Source: Candidatus Scatosoma sp. (lineage in GTDB: Bacteria > Bacillota > Clostridia > Christensenellales > Borkfalkiaceae). Taken from it: a DNA stretch of 64,000 nucleotides. A program made the translations under genes and the position numbers. Below, piece by piece: positions 38,365-46,173 of this stretch. Position 1 is the first letter of the stretch. Every line of letters starts with the position of its first letter. Where the stretch lies: assembly GCA_045537295.1 (NCBI GenBank), contig JAZSPG010000070.1:34955-98954 (forward strand), written 5' to 3'. The notes below the pieces were generated by a model that worked only from the letters and a program-made list of their open reading frames with translations, was not told the DNA's origin and did no database searches.

Positions 38365-38457
38365 GTTGCGCTGTGGCAACCTTCGGTCATTTACGCCTTA
38401 GTAAACTCCCTCAGGTTATCCTCGCGCGCCTTGTCTTTCTCGGTTCTAAGCCAAGCA
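38365..38457 (+). repeat. Copy 1 of diverged tandem element (candidate structured RNA)
   Basis: Blocks in order: gttgcg, ttcggt, 5-bp hairpin tttac/gtaaa, ctccctca, cgcgccttg, ctcggttctaa, ccaagca. Confidence 0.5.
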
Positions 38458-38518
38458 GTCATGCTTCCCGTAAAATTCGGGGATGCTTGTTTGATTTTAT
38501 AACACTTCGCATTTCTGC

Positions 38519-38591
38519 GTTGCGGTTCGGTTACATACTATCGGTATGCGCCCTCACCGCGCCTTGAACTGCTCGGTTCTAAAACCAAACA
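38519..38591 (+). repeat. Copy 2 of diverged tandem element
   Basis: Same block order as copy 1, but the hairpin is catac/gtatg, a compensatory change. cgcgccttg-N5-ctcggttctaa is identical. Confidence 0.5.
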
Positions 38592-38603
38592 AAACCGCGC
38601 TTT

Positions 38604-38645
38604 TTCACTTTCCACTTTTCACTCTTACTTCTTCACTTTTTCAAT
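38604..38645 (+). repeat. Imperfect heptanucleotide array (TTCACTT)x6 just upstream of the dtxR-like RBS
   Basis: ttcact at 38604, 38618 and 38632, with variants tccact and cttact between them. The array ends 5 nt before GAGGGA. Confidence 0.6.
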
Positions 38646-38663
38646 CTAACGAGGGAAAAAATT

Positions 38664-39035
38664 ATGAACACCTACGCAAAATACAATCAATCGGAACAAG
38701 ATTATTTAGAAAGCATTTTTTTATTGTTAAAAGAAAAACCTGTCGTGCATAGAATCGACGTCGCGAAAAAAATGGAAGTTTCGCAGGCGGCGGTGAATAA
38801 AGCGATGAAAAATTTAAGCGAAAAGGGCTATATCTACGAGGACGGCAAACATTTATACTTAACCAAAACGGGCGAAAAATACGCCGAGGAAGTATACGAA
38901 AAACATTGTATCATCCGCGACTTTTTACAAAAAATCGGCGTTTCCCCCGCCAAAGCCGAGGAGGACGCCTGCCGTTTAGAACACCTCGTTTCCAAAGAAA
39001 CTTTTTCCGCTATGGAAAAATTTTTATCTAAATAA
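38664..39035 (+). CDS. DtxR/MntR-family metal-dependent transcriptional regulator
   Basis: 123 aa with an N-terminal wHTH (DYLESIFLL, VAKKMEVSQAAVNKAMKNL) and metal/dimerisation helices. There is no SH3-like domain. Confidence 0.85.
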   Translation: MNTYAKYNQSEQDYLESIFLLLKEKPVVHRIDVAKKMEVSQAAVNKAMKNLSEKGYIYEDGKHLYLTKTGEKYAEEVYEKHCIIRDFLQKIGVSPAKAEEDACRLEHLVSKETFSAMEKFLSK

Positions 39036-39048
39036 TTTCAAAAATTGT

Positions 39049-39083
39049 CAAGCGCGGAATCTCCCCCCGCGCTTGTATTTTTT
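39049..39083 (+). terminator. Intrinsic terminator of dtxR-like gene
   Basis: caagcgcgg-loop-ccgcgcttg followed by tatttttt. Confidence 0.85.
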
Positions 39084-39094
39084 GGAAAATTTTT

Positions 39095-39105
39095 TTAACC
39101 AAGGT
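39095..39105 (+). promoter_or_regulatory. TTAACCAAGGT motif 10 nt upstream of the feoA -35
   Basis: Exact copy of the 34920 motif. Confidence 0.5.
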
Positions 39106-39115
39106 AAATTTTTGC

Positions 39116-39144
39116 TTGACAAGCGCATAAACTAATGATATAAT
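39116..39144 (+). promoter_or_regulatory. Consensus sigma-A promoter of feoAB
   Basis: TTGACA-N17-(TGa)TATAAT. Confidence 0.75.
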
Positions 39145-39189
39145 ACATAAGCAATACGGCGTGATAACCGTTTTTTCTATGCAACGAAA

Positions 39190-39205
39190 CTTAACCAAGG
39201 TTAAG
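39190..39205 (+). promoter_or_regulatory. Palindromic candidate operator CTTAACC-AA-GGTTAAG in feoA leader
   Basis: 7-bp inverted arms about 46 nt downstream of the -10 and 25 nt upstream of the feoA start. Confidence 0.55.
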
Positions 39206-39230
39206 AAATTATAAAGTAAGGTGAAAGAAA

Positions 39231-39455
39231 TTGAAAAGATTGTTGAGTGATTTGAAAGTAGGCGATAGCGGAAAGGTGGTAAAAGTCAACGGAGAGGGTG
39301 CAATTCGGCGCAGGCTGTTCGATATGGGTATCACGCCCGGGGTAGAAATTTATTTTCGGAAAAAAGCACCGCTTGGCGACCCGATTGAAATTACATTACG
39401 CGGGTATGAGTTGACCCTGCGCAAAGCCGAGGCAAGCTTTGTAGAGATAGAATAA
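39231..39455 (+). CDS. feoA: Ferrous iron transport protein A
   Basis: 74 aa SH3-like FeoA (VGDSGKVVKV..RRLFDMGITPG). TTG start after AAGGTGA. Confidence 0.85.
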   Translation: MKRLLSDLKVGDSGKVVKVNGEGAIRRRLFDMGITPGVEIYFRKKAPLGDPIEITLRGYELTLRKAEASFVEIE

Positions 39456-39476
39456 GGAGTAAAGGAGTAATAAAAA

Positions 39477-41780
39477 ATGGGGAACTTAAAATTTGCGCTT
39501 GCGGGCAATCCGAACTCGGGCAAAACCACGCTGTTTAACGCGCTGACGGGCAGTACGGCGCACGTGGGGAACTGGCCGGGGGTGACGGTGGATAAAAAGG
39601 AAGGCGTGTGCAAGAGGGGCAAACAACCCGTCGATATTATCGACTTGCCTGGGATTTATTCGCTTTCGCCGTATACGCCCGAGGAAGTAATCGCGAGAAA
39701 TTATTTGTTGGACGAACGCCCCGATTGCATTATCAATATCGTGGACGCCACCAACTTTGAACGGAACTTATACTTAACCACGCAACTTTTGGAAGTGGAC
39801 ATACCGCTTATCGTGGCGCTTAATATGACGGATATTTTAGAAAAGGACGGGGACGAAATCGACGAAAAGGCGTTGGAGGATAAAATGGGTGTGCCCGTCG
39901 TGGAAATTTCCGCGCTCCGCGATAAAAATATCGCGCTTTTAATCGATAGAGCGATTGATTCGGCGAAGAAAAAGCGCTCGGCAAAAAGCGTTTTAGAAAA
40001 TACCTCCGTTTACGGCGCGATAGAAAACGCGGAAATCGCGTTCAAGCTCAAAGGCGTGGTTGCGCCTTTATTCCACGCGATAAAATTAGTAGAGCAGGAC
40101 GAAATCGAGGTAAAAAACCATCCGCAAGAGGCGGTGGCGGGTAGAGAATTTTTGCAAAAGAACGCAAAAACCTTAGCCTTTAACGGCGACACCGAGGCGG
40201 AAATTGCCGACGCGAGATATAAATACATAACCGCGCATTTCTCCCCCACGCTCAAACGGGCGAGAAAGAAAAAACAGGGCGAACTGACCAAATCGGATAA
40301 AGCGGATAGAGTGCTTACCCACCGCTTTGCGGGTATTCCTATTTTCCTGCTTATCTTATTTGCGGTGTTCCATATAACGTTCTCTGAAAACTTTTTGTAT
40401 TTGGGCAGTATTATCCCTGCGTTTGGGGAATGGTGCGCGCAAGAGAGCGATAGCTTTGTAAAAGGCATTTTCTTTTCGAGCAAGGGGGTAAACTCGTTGG
40501 GGGCTACGCTCTATTACGCAATGCAGGCGCTAACGGACGCTATCGGCAGGGGCTTGCAGGGCGTTATGACTGGCGCAAACGCAAGCGACTGGGCGGGACA
40601 ACTCGTCGTGGACGGCGTTTGGGGCGGTATTTCGGCGGTACTTTCGTTTATGCCTCAAATCCTTGTGTTGTTTTTGTGTTTCTCTATCTTAGAGGACAGC
40701 GGTTATATGGCGCGTGTGGCGTTCATTTTGGATAGACTGCTTAGAAGATTTGGCGTTTCGGGCAGAGCGTTTATGCCGATGATTATGGGCTTTGGCTGTT
40801 CGATACCCGCAATGGCGAATACGAGAACGCTTGCCGACGAAAAGGAACGCACGGCGACCATTCGCGTAATCCCGTTCTTTTCCTGCGGGGCAAAATTACC
40901 CATTTTGACGGCGATTTCGGGCGGTATCGTGATGTCGTTCGGGGTAGGGAACGCGGAAATTATCACCTATTCTATGTATCTTTTGGGTATGGTTTCGGCG
41001 GTGCTGTCCTTGTTGATTATGCGCAATACCTCTATGCGTGGGGAAGCGCCACCCTTTATTATGGAATTGCCTATCTACCGTAGACCGGGGTTTAGAAATT
41101 TAATGCTCCACCTTTGGGAAAAACTCAAACATTACGTAGAAAAGGCGTTTACCATTATTCTCGTTTCGTGTATCGTCGTTTGGTTCTTGTCCAACTTCGG
41201 TTGGGATTGGAAGATGGCGGGGGATATGAGTCAATCTATCTTGGCGTCTTTGGGTAAATTATTGCAACCCATTTTCACGCCACTCGGCTTTGGCAGTCAG
41301 CTTGGCGAGTGGGGCTGGATATTCGTCGTAGCCGCCGTTACGGGCTTGATTGCTAAAGAGAACGTTATCGCAACCTTTGCCTCACTCGCGGCGTGCTTGC
41401 CCGGGCTTGCGGGTTTTGAGGGAACGGAGGACGGTATTAAAGAGGTTGTGCTTATGATTTCCGCAACGGGCATTACTATCCCCGGGCTTATCTCGTTTAT
41501 CGCGTTTAATATGACCACCGTACCTTGCTTTGCGTCGGTAGCGACGGCAAGAGGCGAGGTAGGCGAGGGCAAATTCAAGTGGACTTTGCTGTTTTGGTTG
41601 GTTGCGTCCTATCTAATCGGCATAACCGTGTACGCGTTCGGCAGTATGTTCAGCGGAGAACTGTGGGCGATTATCGTAAGCGTTTGTCTGTTGGCGGTGG
41701 CGGTTTTGGCGACGCTGGGTATCGTTTGGTATAACAAAAAGGGCAGTTTGAAAGGCGTACTGAAAGGTAAAAAACAATGA
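39477..41780 (+). CDS. feoB: Ferrous iron transport protein B
   Basis: N-terminal GTPase (GNPNSGKTTLFN, DLPG, NMTD) followed by a polytopic membrane domain. Confidence 0.95.
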   Translation: MGNLKFALAGNPNSGKTTLFNALTGSTAHVGNWPGVTVDKKEGVCKRGKQPVDIIDLPGIYSLSPYTPEEVIARNYLLDERPDCIINIVDATNFERNLYLTTQLLEVDIPLIVALNMTDILEKDGDEIDEKALEDKMGVPVVEISALRDKNIALLIDRAIDSAKKKRSAKSVLENTSVYGAIENAEIAFKLKGVVAPLFHAIKLVEQDEIEVKNHPQEAVAGREFLQKNAKTLAFNGDTEAEIADARYKYITAHFSPTLKRARKKKQGELTKSDKADRVLTHRFAGIPIFLLILFAVFHITFSENFLYLGSIIPAFGEWCAQESDSFVKGIFFSSKGVNSLGATLYYAMQALTDAIGRGLQGVMTGANASDWAGQLVVDGVWGGISAVLSFMPQILVLFLCFSILEDSGYMARVAFILDRLLRRFGVSGRAFMPMIMGFGCSIPAMANTRTLADEKERTATIRVIPFFSCGAKLPILTAISGGIVMSFGVGNAEIITYSMYLLGMVSAVLSLLIMRNTSMRGEAPPFIMELPIYRRPGFRNLMLHLWEKLKHYVEKAFTIILVSCIVVWFLSNFGWDWKMAGDMSQSILASLGKLLQPIFTPLGFGSQLGEWGWIFVVAAVTGLIAKENVIATFASLAACLPGLAGFEGTEDGIKEVVLMISATGITIPGLISFIAFNMTTVPCFASVATARGEVGEGKFKWTLLFWLVASYLIGITVYAFGSMFSGELWAIIVSVCLLAVAVLATLGIVWYNKKGSLKGVLKGKKQ

Positions 41781-41947
41781 AACCAATAGATATTATAATT
41801 ATCGTTTTGGCGGGGCTTGCCGTCGTGGGCATAACCGCTTGGGCGATTTATAAAAAAAAGACGGGGAAAGGCGGGTGCTGTGATTGCCCGTACAAGAACG
41901 GCTGTCAAAGCTGTCCGTCCTCAAAAACCAAAGAAAAAGACGAATAA
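41777..41947 (+). CDS. FeoB-associated Cys-rich small membrane protein (56 aa)
   Basis: ATGA overlap with the feoB stop. One TM, then GGCCDCPYKNGCQSCP. It is below the ORF-track cutoff. Confidence 0.75.
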   Translation: MKPIDIIIIVLAGLAVVGITAWAIYKKKTGKGGCCDCPYKNGCQSCPSSKTKEKDE

Positions 41948-41985
41948 AAAACGACGGAGCGAGAAATTCGCTCCGCCGTTTTTTA
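41946..41985. terminator. Bidirectional terminator (feo operon / veg)
   Basis: acgacggagcg-N7-cgctccgccgt with A-run and T-run flanks. Confidence 0.8.
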
Positions 41986-42222
41986 CAAGCGTTTGATTTT
42001 TACCGTTCCGCATAAGACGTCCGAATAGGAATACGCCGTTTTGCCCAAAAAATCCTCGTCGTCGGGTTTGACGGTGAAAAGGGCGGGGTAAATACCCGAA
42101 AGCACACCCGAATAGCTCACGCTTTTATTCCTGCCTAAGTTGACTTTTACGGCAACGCGTTGCGCCGAGCAGTCCTTTACCATTTGTTTAATATCCGTTA
42201 TTTTTTTGGTCGGTTTAATCAT
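41983..42222 (-). CDS. veg: Veg protein
   Basis: ITDIKQ..KVNLGRNK..YPALFTV..YSYSDVL aligns by eye with B. subtilis Veg. The start is uncertain (ATG 42222 or TTG 42240) and neither has an SD. Confidence 0.8.
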   Translation of the reverse strand: MIKPTKKITDIKQMVKDCSAQRVAVKVNLGRNKSVSYSGVLSGIYPALFTVKPDDEDFLGKTAYSYSDVLCGTVKIKRL

Positions 42223-42297
42223 AGAAACAGTATTGCCCAAAGCGCGTTATTTTATGCCCGTTCGTCCAAAATTTCCCAAAAATCGAGCGGGAGAAGT

Positions 42298-42325
42298 TCT
42301 ATTTTACACGCGCAAAGCATACGAT
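42298..42325 (+). promoter_or_regulatory. Possible mother-cell (sigma-E-like) promoter of sipL-like gene
   Basis: TCTATT-N14-CATACGAT, compared with the recalled consensus ATATT-N14/15-CATACAnT. Confidence 0.3.
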
Positions 42326-42373
42326 ATAACCGACGACAAAATTATGCGCTTTACGCAACAGGAGGGAGAGTTT

Positions 42374-43858
42374 ATGTCTATCAAACCGCAATATGAAACC
42401 TATCGCTATACGGGCGAAATTTGTAGGTTAAGAAGTCAATCTATCGTAGAATGTCGGCTTTCGGGCAGTGAAATCGGCAGTATTTTGGCGGTACATTCGT
42501 CTGCAATTAGCGAGGAATGTACTTGCGCGGACGGTGAGGTACGCTACGGGGGCAAGGTGTTGCTCTGTATTGTTTACGAGGACGCAAACGGAAAAATTTG
42601 CCGAGTTGAAAGGGGTGCGGAGTTTTATCATAAAGCGGAAGGCGCGTTCGTTTCGCCCGCTTGTTTTGCGAAAAATTTATTAAGCGTTGAGAATGTCAGC
42701 CACCGTCGCGAAGGTTCGGGTTTGTATATTTCCGTCGTCGTCGGCGCGGATATTCAAGTGTACGGGGGCAAACAGGTGGAATATTTTATCGGCGGGGAAG
42801 AGATTGCCGTGCAAACTCAGCCCGTTACCCTTTGTAAAACGGTGTGCGTGTCGGGCGAAACGGAAGGCGAGGACGAATTTGACGCCGACGCTACGGGTGA
42901 TATTTTATTACATAGCGAAAAAGCGCTCGTCACCGCTTGCAGAGCAAACGCGGGGCAGGTGGAAATCGAGGGCGAACTCAACCTCGGCGTTTGCGTTTTG
43001 AAAACGGACGAAAGCGTTTGCTCGTACGAACGCTTAATCCCGTTCCGTATGCAAATACCCTGCGAAGAGGCGTTCGGTAAAGTGACGGCGGGCGCGCGGG
43101 TGATTGTCAAATCGGCGGTGCTTTCTTCGAATATCGACGAGGACAAAGGCAGGTGTAAAATCGTGTTTAGTTATACCCTCTCTGCCGATTGTTTCCTTTC
43201 GGCAAAAGAGGAACTTACCGTGTGCGCGGACGCCTTTTCGCCGTGTGCACAGTTGGAGTTGGAAACGCAAAAGGATAGGGGCAGGTATTTAACGAACCAA
43301 ACGAGATGCGTTGAAAGGGTAGAGGGCAAGGCGGTGCTTTCGCCTGCGATTGACGGCGATTACGCGCTTTGTTCGGCAGTGTTACCGCGCGCCGAAGCGG
43401 TGTGCAAAAAGACGGACGCGGGCTTTGAGATAGAGGGGATTTTAACGGCGGAAGTGTTATTAAAAGGCGAGAACGGTTATAAATCGACCACCCTTTCCTT
43501 ACCGTTCGTGTTCCCGATAGATATCGAGGGCGAGGAAGTCGAGGCGGACTGTATGGTATGCGCCTTGAATATCCGTCGGAAAAAGGACGGCGAAACGGAA
43601 GCGGAGGCGAATATTAAATTTTGCTTGAAAGCGTACGAGGAGGCGGAGTGGGAATATATTTGCAAGGCGAGCGAGGGGGAAAAGATAGAGGAAAACGAGT
43701 CGGCGATTTCGATATTTATACCGCGCGCGGGCGAGGATTTGTGGCAGGTAGCAAAACGCCTTTCGCGTATGCCTGAGGATTTGCAAAAAAGCAATCCCGA
43801 CTTGACTTTTCCCGTAAAAGAGGGCGAAAGAATATTCGTTTATCGGCAAATTAAGTAA
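42374..43858 (+). CDS. SipL/SpoVID-like spore-coat morphogenetic protein (DUF3794-type repeats plus C-terminal LysM)
   Basis: ATG 42374 follows GGAGGGAG. C-terminal LysM: ISIFIPRAGEDLWQVAKRLSRMPEDLQKSNPDL. The ORF-track start 42140 overlaps veg. Confidence 0.65.
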   Translation: MSIKPQYETYRYTGEICRLRSQSIVECRLSGSEIGSILAVHSSAISEECTCADGEVRYGGKVLLCIVYEDANGKICRVERGAEFYHKAEGAFVSPACFAKNLLSVENVSHRREGSGLYISVVVGADIQVYGGKQVEYFIGGEEIAVQTQPVTLCKTVCVSGETEGEDEFDADATGDILLHSEKALVTACRANAGQVEIEGELNLGVCVLKTDESVCSYERLIPFRMQIPCEEAFGKVTAGARVIVKSAVLSSNIDEDKGRCKIVFSYTLSADCFLSAKEELTVCADAFSPCAQLELETQKDRGRYLTNQTRCVERVEGKAVLSPAIDGDYALCSAVLPRAEAVCKKTDAGFEIEGILTAEVLLKGENGYKSTTLSLPFVFPIDIEGEEVEADCMVCALNIRRKKDGETEAEANIKFCLKAYEEAEWEYICKASEGEKIEENESAISIFIPRAGEDLWQVAKRLSRMPEDLQKSNPDLTFPVKEGERIFVYRQIK

Positions 43859-43884
43859 AAATTGTAAAAAATTTCGCGGAACGG

Positions 43885-43913
43885 TTGAAATTTTCCGAAA
43901 AATATGGTACAAT
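43885..43913 (+). promoter_or_regulatory. Sigma-A promoter of ispE
   Basis: TTGAAA-N17-(TGg)TACAAT. Confidence 0.6.
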
Positions 43914-43943
43914 AAACGCGACGGGGTTTTTCCCGTCGCGTTT
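43914..43943 (+). terminator. 12-bp perfect hairpin immediately after the ispE -10
   Basis: aaacgcgacggg-gttttt-cccgtcgcgttt. It could be the terminator of the sipL-like gene or a 5-prime stem-loop of ispE mRNA. Confidence 0.45.
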
Positions 43944-43961
43944 GACTAATTTTAAGAAGTT

Positions 43962-44891
43962 ATGTTTTTTATGAATTCGGTGAAAATAAAAGCGTACGCA
44001 AAAATCAATTTGACCTTGGAAATACAAGGCATCGAGGCGGGTTATCATCTTTTGGACTCGCTCGTGGCAAGCATTGATTTGTACGATTTAATTATCTTGA
44101 AAAAACGCAAGGACGGGCGTTCGACGGTTACGATGCGCGGAATGGATAGCGAAACTATCCCGCCCGAAAAAAATAACGCCTTAAAATGCGCCGAGGCGTT
44201 TAGCCGAAAATTCAAGGTGAACGGCGTGGATATCACCGTGCATAAAAATATCCCTATCGGCGCGGGTCTGGGCGGTTCGTCCGCCGATATCGCGGGTGTG
44301 ATTTTGGGTATGGCAAAGCTGTATTCCATCACCGATTTTTCGGCGTTGAAAGCGCTTGCCGATTCGCTGGGTAGCGATACGGGATATATGCTGACGGGCG
44401 GGTTTGCGCGAATGCAGGGCAGGGGCGAAAAGGTTGCGCCTTTATCCATTGATAAAACGCTGTATTTATTATTGCTTTGCCCGTTTTCAAGCGTGTCCGC
44501 GGGTGCGTGCTATCAAAAGTACGATAGCTTGCCCAAAACGCTCGAATGGCGGGAAAGCCAAACGCAAGGCTGTATCGACGCTTTGATGAAAAAAGATATA
44601 AACGAGGCAGGCAGGTATTTAACGAACGACTTATTCGTGCCTGCGTTGCACTTAAATTCCGAGGTGCAAACCGCGCTCAACGAGCTAAAAGCGTTTGCTC
44701 CCTTAGGTGCGAGTATGACGGGTTCGGGTAGCGGAGTGTTCGCTGTTTTTGAAAGTAAAGAGCTTTGCGAGTGGGCGAAAAGCAGGTATAAGGGCAAGTT
44801 CCGCGCGTTCACCGCGAAAACGGTTTGTCCAAACCAAGAAAAAGAGAAAAAATTACGCGGACCGTTCGTGCTTGGCGCGGACGAGGCGTGA
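43962..44891 (+). CDS. ispE: 4-diphosphocytidyl-2-C-methyl-D-erythritol kinase
   Basis: KINLTLEI and PIGAGLGGSSADIA (GHMP kinase). ATG 43971 is an alternative start. Confidence 0.9.
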   Translation: MFFMNSVKIKAYAKINLTLEIQGIEAGYHLLDSLVASIDLYDLIILKKRKDGRSTVTMRGMDSETIPPEKNNALKCAEAFSRKFKVNGVDITVHKNIPIGAGLGGSSADIAGVILGMAKLYSITDFSALKALADSLGSDTGYMLTGGFARMQGRGEKVAPLSIDKTLYLLLLCPFSSVSAGACYQKYDSLPKTLEWRESQTQGCIDALMKKDINEAGRYLTNDLFVPALHLNSEVQTALNELKAFAPLGASMTGSGSGVFAVFESKELCEWAKSRYKGKFRAFTAKTVCPNQEKEKKLRGPFVLGADEA

Positions 44892-44916
44892 AAAATAAAA
44901 AACGGAGAAAAAGCAA

Positions 44917-45837
44917 ATGGAAGAAAGAACGGTTGACGACGAATACGGCAGAGGAATACGCTTAAAAAAGACGAAAGACGGGTATATCGACGCAACGGAC
45001 GCGTCGTTGCAGGACGCGGACGGGGAACTGGACGAGGGCGAAGAAATCGCGTTTGAATACCCCGTGTTCGATACGGACGAGGACGACGAGGATTTGGTAG
45101 GGCTTTCGCCTGAGGAAGCGCTCGCGCTTCGTCGTAAAAAGGAAGAGGAAGAGGCGCAAAGAAAAGCGGATTACGCGCAGACTTGCAAAGAGGGTGACGC
45201 GCTGTTGCAATCGGGCAGTTTCAAAGCGGCGGAATTAAAATTCGAGCGCGCTTTGGGTTTGGACGAGGAAGCGTGCGAGGCGTGCGTGGGCTACTGGCGC
45301 GCAAAAACCGCCGATTTTGCCAACCCCGATATTTTGATTGAGGAATACGCCGAGTCGGGTATTGAAAACTTGGAATACGACTTGGGCTTGAATGCCGTGG
45401 ATACCATTAAACGCGAATACGGCAAGGTGTTCGCCCGCCGTTTACAAGAGTTAGGCGAGGAAGAAAAACCGCTCCGTGCGCAGTTCGAGGAAAAACAAGC
45501 CAAGCGCAGAGCGGTACTGTCGGAAAGACTGAAAAAATCCACGCTTATCTTTTGCGCCGTGGCAATCCCGACGCTCGTGTTGCTTATTTTAACGCTGGTG
45601 TTCGGTTTGAAAAATTTCACCACGCTCGGCGGGGAATATATCACGCCGACGATAGTTTTGGGTGTAGCGTTTTTCCTGTGCTTTATCGCGTTCATTTTCG
45701 TTACGAATAAATGGATAAACGATTTTAGAATACGCAAGGCGAACGAACTCCTTACCTCTACGGACGAGGGCAAACGGTTGCTGAAAATTCGCGCGTATAA
45801 AGAGCTTTACGAGTGCTTAGTGCCCAACGAGGCGTAA
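44917..45837 (+). CDS. Hypothetical membrane protein with acidic N-terminal region
   Basis: 306 aa with a D/E-rich N-terminus, a helical middle and two C-terminal TM helices. I recognise no family. Confidence 0.55.
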   Translation: MEERTVDDEYGRGIRLKKTKDGYIDATDASLQDADGELDEGEEIAFEYPVFDTDEDDEDLVGLSPEEALALRRKKEEEEAQRKADYAQTCKEGDALLQSGSFKAAELKFERALGLDEEACEACVGYWRAKTADFANPDILIEEYAESGIENLEYDLGLNAVDTIKREYGKVFARRLQELGEEEKPLRAQFEEKQAKRRAVLSERLKKSTLIFCAVAIPTLVLLILTLVFGLKNFTTLGGEYITPTIVLGVAFFLCFIAFIFVTNKWINDFRIRKANELLTSTDEGKRLLKIRAYKELYECLVPNEA

Positions 45838-45861
45838 AAATTACCGCATAACCAAAAACCG

Positions 45862-45897
45862 AATAAAAGGCGCTGACTTCCCGTCAACGCCTTTTTT
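45862..45897. repeat. Direct repeat copy 1 (terminator hairpin) flanking the XRE cassette
   Basis: aataaaaggcgctgacttcccgtcaacgcctttttt. It is 34/36 identical to 46651-46686. Confidence 0.85.
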
Positions 45898-46106
45898 TAA
45901 TCGTATTCTTTTAATCCAAGCAAATAATCGGTGGAAACTTCCAAATTGCGCGCGATATCCACAATCGCCTGCATAGGCGGTTCGTTGTGCCCGTTTAGCC
46001 ACTCGCATAAGGTTGTGGGCTGTATATTAAGGGCTTTGGCAAGGTCTTTTTGCGTGCGCCCTAACTCCTTTAATACCGTTTTTACCCGTTCGCCAAATAT
46101 CTTCAT
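45897..46106 (-). CDS. XRE-family HTH transcriptional regulator (69 aa)
   Basis: Cro/C1-type HTH (RTQKDLAKALNIQPTTLCEWLNG) ending in the typical YLLGL. Confidence 0.8.
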   Translation of the reverse strand: MKIFGERVKTVLKELGRTQKDLAKALNIQPTTLCEWLNGHNEPPMQAIVDIARNLEVSTDYLLGLKEYD

Positions 46107-46107
46107 A

Positions 46108-46124
46108 ATTCATATTATATAAAT
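46108..46124. promoter_or_regulatory. Operator-like site O3 (ATTCAT-N5-ATAAAT)
   Basis: One mismatch to the ATTCAT-N5-ATGAAT sites. It abuts the XRE start codon. Confidence 0.45.
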
Positions 46125-46146
46125 TTTCACAAAAAATATTATAAAT

Positions 46147-46163
46147 ATTCATAAAATATGAAT
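46147..46163. promoter_or_regulatory. Operator-like palindrome O2 (ATTCAT-N5-ATGAAT)
   Basis: attcataaaatatgaat with perfect 6-bp arms (8 bp with flanks). Confidence 0.55.
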
Positions 46164-46173
46164 ACATTAAATA

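Noticed and set aside
38373-38752. ORFs 38373-38567 and 38546-38752 in the queA/dtxR spacer
   Set aside because: They have no RBS and an implausible composition. The second overlaps the dtxR-like start in another frame. The region is better explained by repeated RNA-like elements.
42140-42373. 78-codon extension of the sipL-like ORF overlapping veg on the opposite strand
   Set aside because: ATG 42374 has a GGAGGGAG RBS. The extension would overlap the veg coding region and its promoter region.
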